Source: Octopus vulgaris | Taxonomy: Eukaryota | Length of the DNA stretch: 64,000 bases | Direction: 5' to 3' | Assembly: GCA_951406725.2 (NCBI GenBank) | Contig: OX597820.1 | Location: 79,422,001 to 79,486,000, forward strand | Shown here: one piece after another, positions 13,030 through 24,150 of the stretch | Position numbering within the stretch: position 1 is the first letter of the stretch | How the letters are laid out: every line of letters begins with the position of its first letter | Position numbers and translations under genes: made by a program | The notes under the pieces: model-generated | What the model was told of the DNA's origin: nothing | The model's database searches: none | What the model saw: only the letters and a program-made list of their open reading frames with translations

Positions 13030-13580
13030 CTAAAACTTAGGTGCTCCTGCGTTGGGCGATGCATGAGGCAGTCAATGTGCTCCAGCAAAGTTGGTCAGCA
13101 GCCATCATCAATGCATTGTGTCATCATAGATTTATCAGCTGAAGGTCCCTGTCAATTGGCTGTCTTGAGACCATTGCCAGTTCATCTTGGGATGTCTTGG
13201 TCCCTTGTGCTGTTGTCCCTGAGGGGTCCACTTAAGGACTTGGTTGGCATGCCTGTCTGTTTGGAACCCATTGACATATTCCAGTCAACTCTGCTCTTAC
13301 AGATGCTGATGGACAATGAATGTTTGTTTGCTCTTCATCTGACATCTTTGTTACTGAGAAAACCTTTTCATTTGATGCCTAGTATTTTCCAAAGGCATCT
13401 ACTGTCAAAAGCATCCAGTTTGTTTTCTTGGCTGGTTTTCAGATGCCGTGTTTGCCAGCCATATAAAAGGGTGGGGAGCCTGTTGGTCTTGTAGAACTGC
13501 ATTTTGGTTTTTAGAGAAAATTTCTTGCTTTTCCAGATTTTACTAAACTGGTTGAATGGAGCTGATGGCTTTCTCACTCT
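13030..13580 (-). pseudogene. RTE-clade LINE reverse transcriptase C-terminal fragment
   Basis: ORF 13368-13577: FNQFSKIWKSKKFSLKTKMQFY...LLYGWQT...KLDAFDSRCLWKILGIK matches the RTE motif IW.S...TK...Y...LLYG.ETW...KL..F...CLR.IL.I. Confidence 0.8.
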
Positions 13581-13589
13581 TCAAGTATA

Positions 13590-13810
13590 TATTTCTTTAT
13601 TGCCCACAAGAGGCTAAACATAGAGAGGACAAACAAGGACAGACAAAGGGATTAAGTCGATTACATTGACCCCAGTGCGTAACTGGTACTTAATTTATCG
13701 ACCCTGAAAGGATGAAAGGTAAAGTCGACCTCGGCGGAATTTGAACTCAGAACGTAACGGCAGACGAAATACGGTTACACATGTCGCCTGGCGTGCTAAC
13801 GTTTCTGCCC
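13590..13810 (-). mobile_element. Young SINE family E copy
   Basis: CpG-rich. The reverse complement gives GGCAGAAACGTTAGCACGCC...GAGTTCAAATTCCGCCGAGGTCGACTTTACCTTTCATCCTTTCAGGGTCGATAAATTAAGTACCAG with a B-box-like GTTCAAATTCC. Confidence 0.75.
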
Positions 13811-14761
13811 AGCACCAAGAAGATGCAAAACATGCTGGGGGACACACTCTACCATCTGAAATAGACTTTGACCAGAGAGAAGTAGAGGCTAGCCCATCTT
13901 GGGAGCTCCTTTAGCGACAATAGAGGCATGAGATCTTATATGACTAGCAGGTCTGGTTTTTCACATCTTCAGGTAGAAAAATGTCTATGGTTGAAGTCAA
14001 GTCCTCTTTACAAAGTGACTGATTCTAGATGGAGTGCTTAATTCTCTGTATTTCGAATTCTATACAACCATTGTAGATCACTTCTTTCCAAACTGATCAA
14101 TTTCCCATCATCTGCTCCCAATTTTCAACAGCCACACCAAGAGCCTTATGTATGTATGTATGTCGATCTGTATCTACTGCCACTGCTTGACCATCAATTT
14201 TGGTTGGTATGTTCAACTAACACCCTTCGAGGTGGTGCCCCAGCATGGCCACAGTCCAATGACTGAAACTCCTTTTTCGTTCTTCTTCTTTCATCTTCAG
14301 TTATCCAGAACTAGTTTATAATTAGAAACCAAATTAAGTTTCTCCTAATTTCTAAATGTACTTAGCAATAATTTTGATATTTTACTTGATTTCGCTTATT
14401 GTTAATTGTTTTATGAAGACAATACCAGAAACAAAAGAAAAAATTAATTAGAAAAGTAATTTCTTGTATTAATTTATAAATCCTAATCCACTCGCAGTTG
14501 GAATTATGTCACAGGAATAAAATATTCCATTATTTGTAAGGAACTTTTGAGATTATTTCAAAGATTGTTTCTTCTGTTTCATAAAAAAGTAAACAAATTT
14601 ACTTTTTCATGAACAGTAAACTTCTAAAGAGTAGCTAAGTATAGGTTTCCTGTTCCTGAGTAAGAATTGTGACAGGGGAGTGGGGTGCAGATGTATTTCC
14701 TTTTGATGAAGCTCTCTCTCTTGTTCTCTTTTGTTCTTTCTAGGCAGTATAAATGTTTGTA

Positions 14762-14935
14762 ATAGGCACAGGCATGGCTGTGTGGTTAAGAAACTTGCCT
14801 CTCAACCACTTGGTTCTGGGTTCAATCCCACCATGTGGCACCTTGGGTAAAGTTCTTTTAGAGTAGTTTAGAGCACCAACCAAAGCTTTGTGAGTGGATT
14901 TAGAAAACAGAAACTGAAAGAAGTCTCTCTGTCAT
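14762..14935 (+). mobile_element. SINE family A 5' half
   Basis: GGCATGGCTGTGTGGTTAAGAA...GGGTTCAATCCCACC...GGCACCTTGGG. Confidence 0.7.
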
Positions 14936-14945
14936 ATATATATAC

Positions 14946-15686
14946 CATCATCATCATCATCATTTAACGTCCGCTTTCCATGCTAGCATGGGTTGGACGG
15001 TTCAACTGGGGTCTGGGGAGCCCGAAAGCTGCACCAGTCCAGTCAGATCTGGCAGTGTTTCTACAGCTGGATGCCCTTCCTAACGCCAACCACTCCGAGA
15101 GTGTAGTGGGTGATTTTATGTGCCACCGACACAGGTGCCAGACGAGGCTGGCAAACGGCCACGCTCGGATGGTGTTTTTTATGTGCCACCGACACAGGTG
15201 CCAGACGAGGCTGGCAGACGGCCACGCTCGGATGGTGTTTTTATGTGCCACCGACACAGGTGCCAGATGAGGCTGGCAAACGGCCACGATCGGATGGTGT
15301 TTGTTACGTGCCCACAGCATGGAGGCCAGTCGATGCGGTACTGGCTACGGCCACGTTCGGATGGTTTTCTTGTGTACCACGTGCCACTGGTACCACAAAG
15401 ATACAAATTCCATTGATGTTCATCTATTTTGATTTGTTTTGATTTTCACTTGCCTCAACAGGTCTTCACAAGTGTCACAAGAAGGAAGGTATGCACAGGT
15501 GGACTGACTACGTCCCAGGTAGGGGCCACAGGTTATGGCCTGACTAGTCTTGCCGGGTCTTCGGATGGTGTTTTTATGTGCCACCGACACAGGTGCCAGA
15601 TGAGGCTGGCGAACGGCCACGATCGGATGGTGTTTGTTACGTGCCCACAGCACGGAGGCCAGTCGGTGCGGTACTGGCTACGGCCA
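14946..15686 (-). mobile_element. Young family B retroposon with expanded ~61-bp internal tandem array
   Basis: (CAT)n tail, CpG-rich, three near-identical units ATGTGCCACCGACACAGGTGCCAGA.GAGGCTGGCA.ACGGCCACG.TCGGATGGTGTTT, and a duplicated ~125-bp block. Confidence 0.8.
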
Positions 15687-15730
15687 TATATATATATATA
15701 TACATACATACATACATACACACACACACA

Positions 15731-16444
15731 GAGTAATCCTTCTACTATTGTGGGCGCTACATTCCAGAAGCCCCGTGATAGGTGAAAATACAGTACTGTA
15801 TATTTTTTAAATTTTTATAATTTGTGTATATTTATCTCTCTCTATATAAACGGCAGTTTGTCTGTCCGTGTGTCTGTCAGGTTGTACCCTCACCCTGACC
15901 ATGGCTTTCAACCGATTCTGATGTAACTTGACACACACATAGCCCAATGTCATAATTCAAAACTAATGCTGCGAAAATTTTGAAAAGTTCCCCCAGTTCT
16001 GAAAAAAATCGATAAATTCGACATGGGGTCAAGAATCTAAGCATTTTATATGCAACACATTTTCTGTTGTAGTTTTCGCAACTTGCAATCAATTTTCACC
16101 AAACTCATTGTGAAGCTTAATGTTACCCTAAGAAACTTAATTCTGATGTTAGTTTTCCATGCAATACCTTACCATCAGAAAAAAATCGATAAAATCATGC
16201 CATTTTGAGAAATCGTGTTCAAATTCAAGATGACATTTTCGACAATATCTTTCACAAATTGGCAGGAATTTTTTTTAAATTCACAGCGAGCATCATGTCT
16301 GCTCCAGGGACTCTTACATACCCGGGCAATGCTGGGCTATGCTGCTAGTTTTATTATAAATACAAAACAACACCATGGAGGAATCCATGTAAGCTTAAAT
16401 AACAAACCGCAATAGGTGAACCATGATATGGCGAGGGATTATTG
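15731..16444. mobile_element. Tigger/pogo-like MITE interrupted by a Helitron
   Basis: Degenerate TIRs GAGTAATCCTTCT... and ...GCGAGGGATTATTG followed by TA. An internal ATAGGTGAA motif occurs near both ends. Confidence 0.55.
15835..16348 (+). mobile_element. Non-autonomous Helitron
   Basis: Inserted between A and T. 5' TC(TCTCTCTATATAAACGGCAG); 3' GC-rich hairpin CCCGGGCAATGCTGGG then CTAG. Confidence 0.8.
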
Positions 16445-16944
16445 TATATATATGTATGTATGTGTGTTAGGAAGGGTATCCAGCTGTAGAACCCTTGCTA
16501 AATCAGATTGGATCCTGGTGCAGCCTCCTGGCTTGCCAGTTCTCTGTCAAACCGTCCAGCCCTTGCTAGCATGGAAAGCGGATGTTACATGACGATGATG
16601 GTGATATGCATCAGTGTCTCTTTGTCTTGATACTGTAGTTTGTTGTAAATGAGTGTCACCATCATACAAGCAGTATCCTTCATTTCCAATCTTCCATGAA
16701 AACATGTCCGGCCATGAGGAAGAAGTACCTTACTTGGAAACAGGTGAGGCTTGAGACAGGAAAGGCATCTGCCATAGAAAATCTGCATCAACAAATTCTG
16801 TCCAACATATGGAAGCATGGAAAGTACACCTTAAAATGGTAATGATGGTATTTTAATGCTCATTACATTAAATATCTTAGCACTGACTTAACTGTTGTTT
16901 TTTTCTTTTGTGGTTGGCATCTCTGTATATGTATGTATGTGTGT

Positions 16945-17330
16945 TATTATGAGGTCATTAACCTCAGAAAATTGCTTCCCAACTCTGTGGTTTTTGGTTC
17001 AGTCCCACTGCACATGGCTCCAAGCTGACCAAAGCCTTGTGAATAGATTTGGGAGCTGGAAACTGAAAGAAGCCTGTGGTTTGTGTTGTTTTTGTGAGTT
17101 TCCTTGTCTTGATGACATGTGATAGTTGTAAATGAGCATCACTGTCATACAAGCCGTGTTGTTCTTTCCAGTCTTCCATGAAATCATGTCTGGCCATGGG
17201 GGAATGTTACTTTGCTTGGAAGTAGTGGAGGATTGGTAAAAGGAAAGGCATCCAGCCATAGAAAACTTTCTTCAGCAAATTCCATCTAACGCATGCAAGT
17301 ATGGAAAAGTGGATGTTAAATGATAATGGT
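16945..17330 (+). mobile_element. Chimeric SINE: family A head, alternative body and family-B-like tail
   Basis: GGTTCAGTCCCACTGC...GGAAACTGAAAGAAGCC head, then TTGTAAATGAGCATCACTGTCATACAAGC body, AGGAAAGGCATCCAGCCATAGAAA, and tail ATGGAAAAGTGGATGTTAAATGATAATG. Confidence 0.65.
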
Positions 17331-17533
17331 GGTATTTAGTGTATGTACATTTTGCATCCTTCCTGAAGATGCAGAGTATAATTTCAAGGAGATTTTGCTG
17401 CTATTTCTAGCAGGTAAAGAACTTCATCGAGGCTTCTTTATTGGCTAATGGTCCAATAGAGCAGAGTACAGTGGTGTTTACCAAAATGAATGAGATTATG
17501 TTATGCCCAAGCATCAAAATGGGGAAAAAATGT

Positions 17534-17897
17534 GAGTGGCTATGTGGTAAGTAACTTGCTCACCAACCGCATGCTTCCAAGTTCAGTCCCACTGCATGGC
17601 ACCTTGGTCGTCTTCTACTAGAGCCTTGGGCCGACCAAAGCCGTGTGAGTGGATTTGGTAAATGGAAATTGAAAGAAGCCTGTCGTATATATATGTAGGT
17701 GCGTCTGTGTTTGTCCTCCCCACCATTGCTTCACAACTGATGGTGGTGTGTGTACGTCCCCCATAACTTAGCAGTTCGGCAAAAGACTGATAGAATAAGT
17801 ACTAGGCTTACAAAGAATAAGTCCTGAGATCGATTTCTTCAACTAAAGGCAGTGCTCCAGCATGGCCACAGTCAAATGACTGAAACAAATAAAAGAA
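17534..17897 (+). mobile_element. Full-length SINE family A
   Basis: A-box TGGCTATGTGG, B-box AGTTCAGTCCC, central TA tract, tail CAGTCAAATGACTGAAACAAATAAAAGAA. Confidence 0.85.
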
Positions 17898-20800
17898 CAT
17901 CAATTATTAAATCAGTCACCCTCTCAACATTCGATCTGATTTAATTTAATAAATTTGATTCATTTTACATTTGAAGATTAGAAAATTGGGTTTAGTTTAA
18001 GTTGTTAAACATTGATAATGGAACCAAGAATGTTTGAGAATATCCACTGAAATATTGGTTAGCTGGCGTATAATTGAATACAATGATGTAGTAATTAGGA
18101 AACTTCAATTTAACGAATACCTCAGTGATAGAATCTTTATATCAAATTTACTGTTACATATTTAGTACATGCATGACATTCAGCTTTTTAAAGCATGTTA
18201 AGTATTGATTTTATTCTCAGTTTGGCAGGTTTCTAGGTAGCTAGTACAGAAAAAGAAAAAAAGAAATTATTTCATTTTCTGCACAAAAAAGAAATAAAGA
18301 ATAATGTTTGACAAAATATTTCGTGTATTCTCATATTTTTCCTCTAGTCACTTGATCTATTTTATTTCCTCAACAATCCATAAAGATTTTAATTTGCCAT
18401 GCCCATCCCTGTTGTCAAGTTGTTATGATATCTTCTTGGTAAACATTCCTCAGACTTTAAATATTTCTTTTCTCTTACTGCTTGATTCTCTCTCTACAAT
18501 TCATAATGATGTTTCAGTCATTAAATCTCACCACTTTCCCTGAACTGTTGCTGTTATGTATTTATTATGACTTGAGCAAATTTCAAAATTGCTGTCAGTT
18601 ACAGCAATGTATGGAACACTTCTAACAAAAGGCTTTTACTCAGCCTAAGTAGAATTACTATAATTCCTTATTTGCATAAATTAGTTGGGGTAAAAGAGAT
18701 AAGACCATTTTAGATCCAACAGGACTAATGAGGCTGCATGGCCTAGTGATTAGGGTGTTGTACTCACGATCGCAATATCATGGTTTCAATTCCCAGTCTA
18801 AGCAGTGGATTGTATTCTTGAGCAAAATACTTCATTTTACATTGTTCCTGTCCATTCAGCTGTAAATGAGTAATCCTGGCTTCAGAGACCAGTGTCCTAT
18901 TCAAGGAGAATGTTGGGATTCCAGTCACTCATATAGCATGGAAACTGGGTAACCAGCTCTATGGGTCCTAGGGTTCAAGACAGTAATGTCTATGGTTTTG
19001 ATGCTGATAATTATGACTGGTGTGAGTGATGTGGATGACACCCAGGTTGAACATTCAAAGGAAAAATATGGTTTGAACACTTCCAACAATGTGAACTTCC
19101 ACTAAAAGGTATCCAGAGATCAAGTAACAGTATTAAAACTGGTGGTGTGTTAGGAAAGCTGATCACTTCGATAAGCTAATGCAGTTGCATGTTTGATGGA
19201 GATGTGTTCCTAATGCTTAATGATTCACTGGCACACAGTCGGTAAAGTGGTTGGCATTAGGGAAGGTGTCCATCTGCAGGAACCATGACAGAACAGACAG
19301 TGGGGCTTGGTGCAGTCCTCTGGCTTGTCAGCCCCCTGTCAAACTGTCCAACCCATGCCAGCATAGGAAATGGACGTTAAATGGTAGTGACAATTATAAT
19401 GGATTTGTTGGATTACCACTGAAGATTGTCGAGTATATTTGTTGGCAATTTTGTCTAGTGGAGCCCACGCAGCTGGTTATCATTAGAGGAACAAGAAATG
19501 ACATGAAATGCCTTGATTGGGTATTTAACCTATATCGTGTACTTTACTAATTGCTGACTTAATATTATTCTTTAGTATTTACACCACTGAATGGCATATA
19601 TAGTGTTTTGTGTAAAGAAATTGCTATGTAGGACATTTAAATGTCTACAAAAGCAGTATCAGTCAATATGGATGATTGAATATTGTATATTGATTACATG
19701 GAGAAACATGTATTGATGAGACTAAGTGAGATTGAGAACAGTTGTCTTGCATATGATATTAATCACAGACATTGTGCATATGTATTCACACACAAATATG
19801 GAGCAACAGATCCAAAGCAATCTGTATAATAGGCAATCTTTTGCAGCTGGTTAGCCATGCCCTATCTTCTTCCTTCCCTCCTACAAGAAACTTTTATTCT
19901 ATTCTTCTGAAATTGCCATTTCACTTTTACCAATACCCAATGCACTTAACGTCCCCTCACCTACTACCACCACCATCTTAACACATCCATTGCATCGCAT
20001 CTCTTCACTACCTAGATCTAATATTACATTCATTTTACTGTCTTGTTCAAAACTTCTTATATCTGGATCTCCCTGTCCTTGTTTTCTTCTCAGCAGTTCA
20101 AATATTTTAACCCAGTTATCACTAACCCATCAGCTTAAGAGGGTCCTGAAAGGTCAATAGTACAAATTCTCTTTCTCATAAAGGGTTAATGAAACCATAT
20201 TGCTCTTTATCCATTCTCTACAACTGAAAGATAGTGCTTCACAGCTTCCTCTTTTAAGTCAAATTTATATTTAGTCTTTTCTCTCTCCTGGGGGTATAAT
20301 AACTGACAAATAGAAAAGACAGTGATTCTTGAATAAAGAGGTACTACTTGCAATGACCTATCACAAGCAAGTATTCACAGCAGATATCACTTGGTTTTTC
20401 AGGTTTAGTTTACTTGCAGTAAACTAATCTTAATCTTAGTGAAGCATAGAATATTCCCATGTTGGAGCATTTCTAGAAATATAAAAAATAAACATAAAAT
20501 ATGCCCATGTTGGAGTATTAATAGATAATATAAAAAAAAAGAATTTTATTTTATTTTATTTATTTTTTGTATGTCATAGTGTGCAAGAAATGAAGTATCT
20601 GCGACTTCCATGGGATGTGTGAGATCAATACAGAGATCAGCCAAATCAATAGAGAATCAATGAGCAAGGAGGTCCGCACATCCAGCGAAATGCTTAGCAG
20701 CATTTCTTCCAGATCTTTACAGTCTGAATGAAATTCTTGCTGAAGTCAGCTATGCTTTTCATCCCTTTGGGGTCGATAAAATAAAGTACCAGTCATATAC

Positions 20801-21006
20801 TGTGGTCTATGTAATCGACTTCTCCTCTCGAAATTTCTGGTCTTGAACCCTGCAATAGTCCAGCATCCCATTTAGGGTAATGTTGTGATTGCTGTCACGA
20901 ATACATCCTGGAAACAAGGTAACCAGCTTTGAGTTCTAGGACTCAAGAAAAAAAGGAAAACAATCTAAAGCTCCTGTGATGTTTATGGTGACATGTTTAT
21001 TGAAAT

Positions 21007-21392
21007 ACTCTTTACTCTTTTACTTGTTTCAGTCATGTGACTGTGGCCATGCCGGAGCACCGCCTTTAGTCGAGCAAATTGACCCCAGGACTTATTCTTT
21101 GTAAGCCTAGTACTTGTTCTGTCGGTCTCTTGCCAAACCTCTAAGTTATGGGAACGTAAACACACCAGCATCGGTTGTCAAGCAATGCTGGGGGGACAAA
21201 CACAGACACACAAACATATACACACGCACATACATACATATATATATATATATATACACAACGGGCTTCTTTCAGTTTCTGTCTACCAAATCCACTCACA
21301 AGGTTTTGGTTGGCCCAAGGCTATAGTAGAAGACACTTGCCTAAGACAGTGGTTCGTAAGCAAGCTACTTACCACACAGCCACTCCTACGTC
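21007..21392 (-). mobile_element. SINE family A, near full length
   Basis: Reverse complement of the 17534/48745 copies, with (TACTCTTT)n tail. Confidence 0.85.
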
Positions 21393-21580
21393 CATTTTAT
21401 TTCAAGTAAATATTGAAATGAACTTTGGACTTCTTAAATGGTTGTTTGATCAAATGTGGCTACCAGTTACGTACATGGTGTGTATTTTAGCAGTGGGGAT
21501 ATTATATACTCCACTACAGATCCTTGTCATGTTGGTTGTGTTGTTGTTATTGTTGTTACACCTTGATCACATTAGATTAA

Positions 21581-23382
21581 CCCGTTAGTGTTCAGATTAA
21601 TCTGTCAAATCTAATGCTTATTTGTTCCTGTTATTTTGAATTATTCAGGTTCAAAAGGTGTATTCACAATATTTGCTTGTAACTTTAATTTTTTACATAC
21701 AATTTTGAAATTTTGTCAGTGGGTGCTTATATGCCAGTTGATTATAGTTATGTAATTTTAGCTGGTCTAACTGATTAAATTTAACTTTTAAGGGCAGGTA
21801 AATTTAATTAACAGGTGTAAAAGCAATAGCATTATGGATAAACGCTAAAATTGAAATTCTTAATGCATCTTACCTGTTTGATCTGTTACTTAAATTATTC
21901 CAGATGTCAACCACCCACAATTTTTCCACTTTTCAAGATGAGGTGCATTAATTTAAATTAATTAAAATACAGGTATAATCGGTACAAGATGTTATTCTTT
22001 CTTATTTTCACTGAAAATAAAGTACAAAACTCTTTTACTAGTCAATATACCATTGGCTATGTACTCTTAATGAATACATTTACATAACAGAATGCATCTA
22101 ATAAAAAAACCTCATTAACAGGTGAGGCAAAGGTGAATACAGGTGTGTGAGATGCTGAAAACTAATTTGTATTTCACTCTTTCACATATTATTTGTAATA
22201 AAATGAAAGGAATATATTACTATCAAACAACAAAATATAGTTATGCCATATTTCTGTCGTGAAACTGTCCAAAGTATCCTTTACACAAGGGTACTTTGCA
22301 AAACGAACACATATATGAGGTCTTGACCTGATATCCTTTTGCATTTTTTCTTTTTTGCAGCGAACACAGTCTGCAAACTTTTTTCCTTCCATTTATTTTT
22401 TCCACATTATGGAAGTCAATATTTTCTCTGTTGACATCCACCTCAGTTAATTTTGTATTTCTCCCAGCTCTGTGCTTTCTGGAAGAAAAGCCTTCACATA
22501 ACTGAGATGCGATGTCAACCTGAAATTTCAAATGGTCGTAGTCCTTTGGTGGTGGAGGTACCTTTTGGCTTTTTACATAAACAATATATGAATTAACCAT
22601 AGTTAGACATAATACTGGAGAAATATGAATCACCATACCTTATATCAGGACTCCAGTAGTTCCACAGTCGAGGACGCTGCTTCAAACCAAACATAATGTT
22701 TATAGTAATGAAAGCTCACATTTCCTCAGTATCTGTTGGCTGCCATAAGGGATTGGGTCTTCCACAAAGAAGAAATTATGTGTTGAGCATATCTGTTTCC
22801 TCCGTGACAGTTTCCAAAAAAACTTTTCAATAAAAATAAATAGTCCAATGGTTGAACATCAGGAGGTAGACTAATTGTGGATTAGTCTTTTCAGTGAAAT
22901 CAGGAATTCTGTTTGATGTAGTAATCTTCAACCATGTTGCCGTAATGTTTTCTATATCATTTTCATTACTTTCATTATCAAACTCTTTCTTGTCTGACAA
23001 AGATTCATAAAAGCCAATATGATTCGTCCAATTTATAAATGCCAAAATATTTTGTTTATATTTTGTACATCAACAAGAGTAAAACCTTCAAAGTCACAAT
23101 CACTACTTGCTGACGGCATATTGTTAAAAACTAAGATATATACTTCTCTTCAAACGTTGAAAAAGAAAAACCAAGAAGTCTCAAAACTTTCACCATATTT
23201 TTACTTGAATAAAGGTGGGAAAGGTTTTATCTCACATTATCTGAAAGCTACAAGAATTCAGTAATGTGATTTATTTTTTTAGCAATTTCATAGAGAAATC
23301 AAATATGGCTAGATTTGACTGGTCCAAACAAATAAAAGGGAATAATTTCCAGCCTGTTATGGCTGGTCTAAACACTAAAGGG
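21581..23382 (-). mobile_element. Internally deleted piggyBac DNA transposon
   Basis: TTAA TSDs at 21577-21580 and 23383-23386. TIRs CCCGTTAGTGTTCAGA vs rc CCCTTTAGTGTTTAGA (14/16). Transposase remnants inside. Confidence 0.9.
22241..23045 (-). pseudogene. piggyBac (PGBD4-like) transposase pseudogene lacking the DDD core
   Basis: Acidic N-terminus (ORF 22827-23045), then WQPTDTEEM*AFITINIMFGLKQRPRLWNYWS...FSSIMS, then C-terminal VNSYIVY...HLKFQVDIASQL and a Cys-rich domain CRLC...TSYMCSFCKVPLCKGYFGQFH (ORF 22241-22636). Confidence 0.85.
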
Positions 23383-23975
23383 TTAAGGAATTCGTTGAAA
23401 CATTGAAATCTTGGCACTGCAATTCTAAGCATTTTCACATTCTCCTTGAGCTATAGAGAAGTGTGCAAAAGGAGACTCAGTCACTGCTTAGTACACTTTG
23501 AAATGGAGTCATGGGTAGACATAGCATGAGAATGTTTTATGTTGGAAAGATGCCTTGGAGAAAGTGATGCAAAAAAAAATGGACAATTGAACTGAACTTT
23601 GAGTGCTAAACTGGCAAAAATGGAAGTTATCAAATTGACTCTAAATGACTTGCAATGAAGATTTCTCCTGCACAGTTATTGTGTGCAATGTGTCAGCATA
23701 ATGAGGTGAAAGGAGTGGGGAGAGGCAAGGGGGATAAAAGGAAAGGAAGAAATTTCCATAATTGTAAAAGATGGATGGAAGTTGATGATAATAGGTTATG
23801 AACCAAGGAAAGAGCCTCTCTGTGGTTGTTCAAGATTCTAGAAATAGCAGTGAAATTTCCCTCAAATCTAGGACGAACATTTTTGGTAATGCAGTTCTTG
23901 CTACATTGTTTTTAAAAGTAAATGACCGAATAATAATGGATGGAATATCTCTGATCATAAATCTACTTGACCTTG

Positions 23976-24150
23976 ATCATCATCATCATCATCATCGTTT
24001 AACGTCCGTTTTCCACGCTAGCACTGGTTGGACGGTTCGACCGGTGTCTGGGGAGCCAGGGGCTGCCCCAGGCTCCAGTCTGGTCTGGCAGTGTTTCTAC
24101 AGCTGGATGCCCTTCCTAACGCCAACCACTCCGCGAGTGTAGTGGGTGCT
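23976..24150 (-). mobile_element. Young truncated family B retroposon
   Basis: (CAT)n-CGTTTAACGTCCGTTTTCCACGCTAGC...GGATGCCCTTCCTAACGCCAACCACTCCG with CpGs retained. Confidence 0.8.

Noticed and set aside
13012-13494. 160-aa ORF (+)
   Set aside because: It is the antisense frame of the RTE reverse transcriptase fragment.
14700-14765. Strong polypyrimidine tract and TAG acceptor (similar ones at ~6058 and ~53991)
   Set aside because: Followed by stops or repeats with no convincing donor; there is no support for an exon without RNA data.
14964-15785. Cluster of overlapping repetitive ORFs; superficially CRISPR-like array
   Set aside because: The units are contiguous tandem repeats without unique spacers, inside a retroposon, in eukaryotic DNA with no cas genes.
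19415-19462. CCACTGAAGATTGTCGA...TTGGCAA...TAGTGG hammerhead-like layout
   Set aside because: The GAAA half of the core is missing; at most a dead relic.
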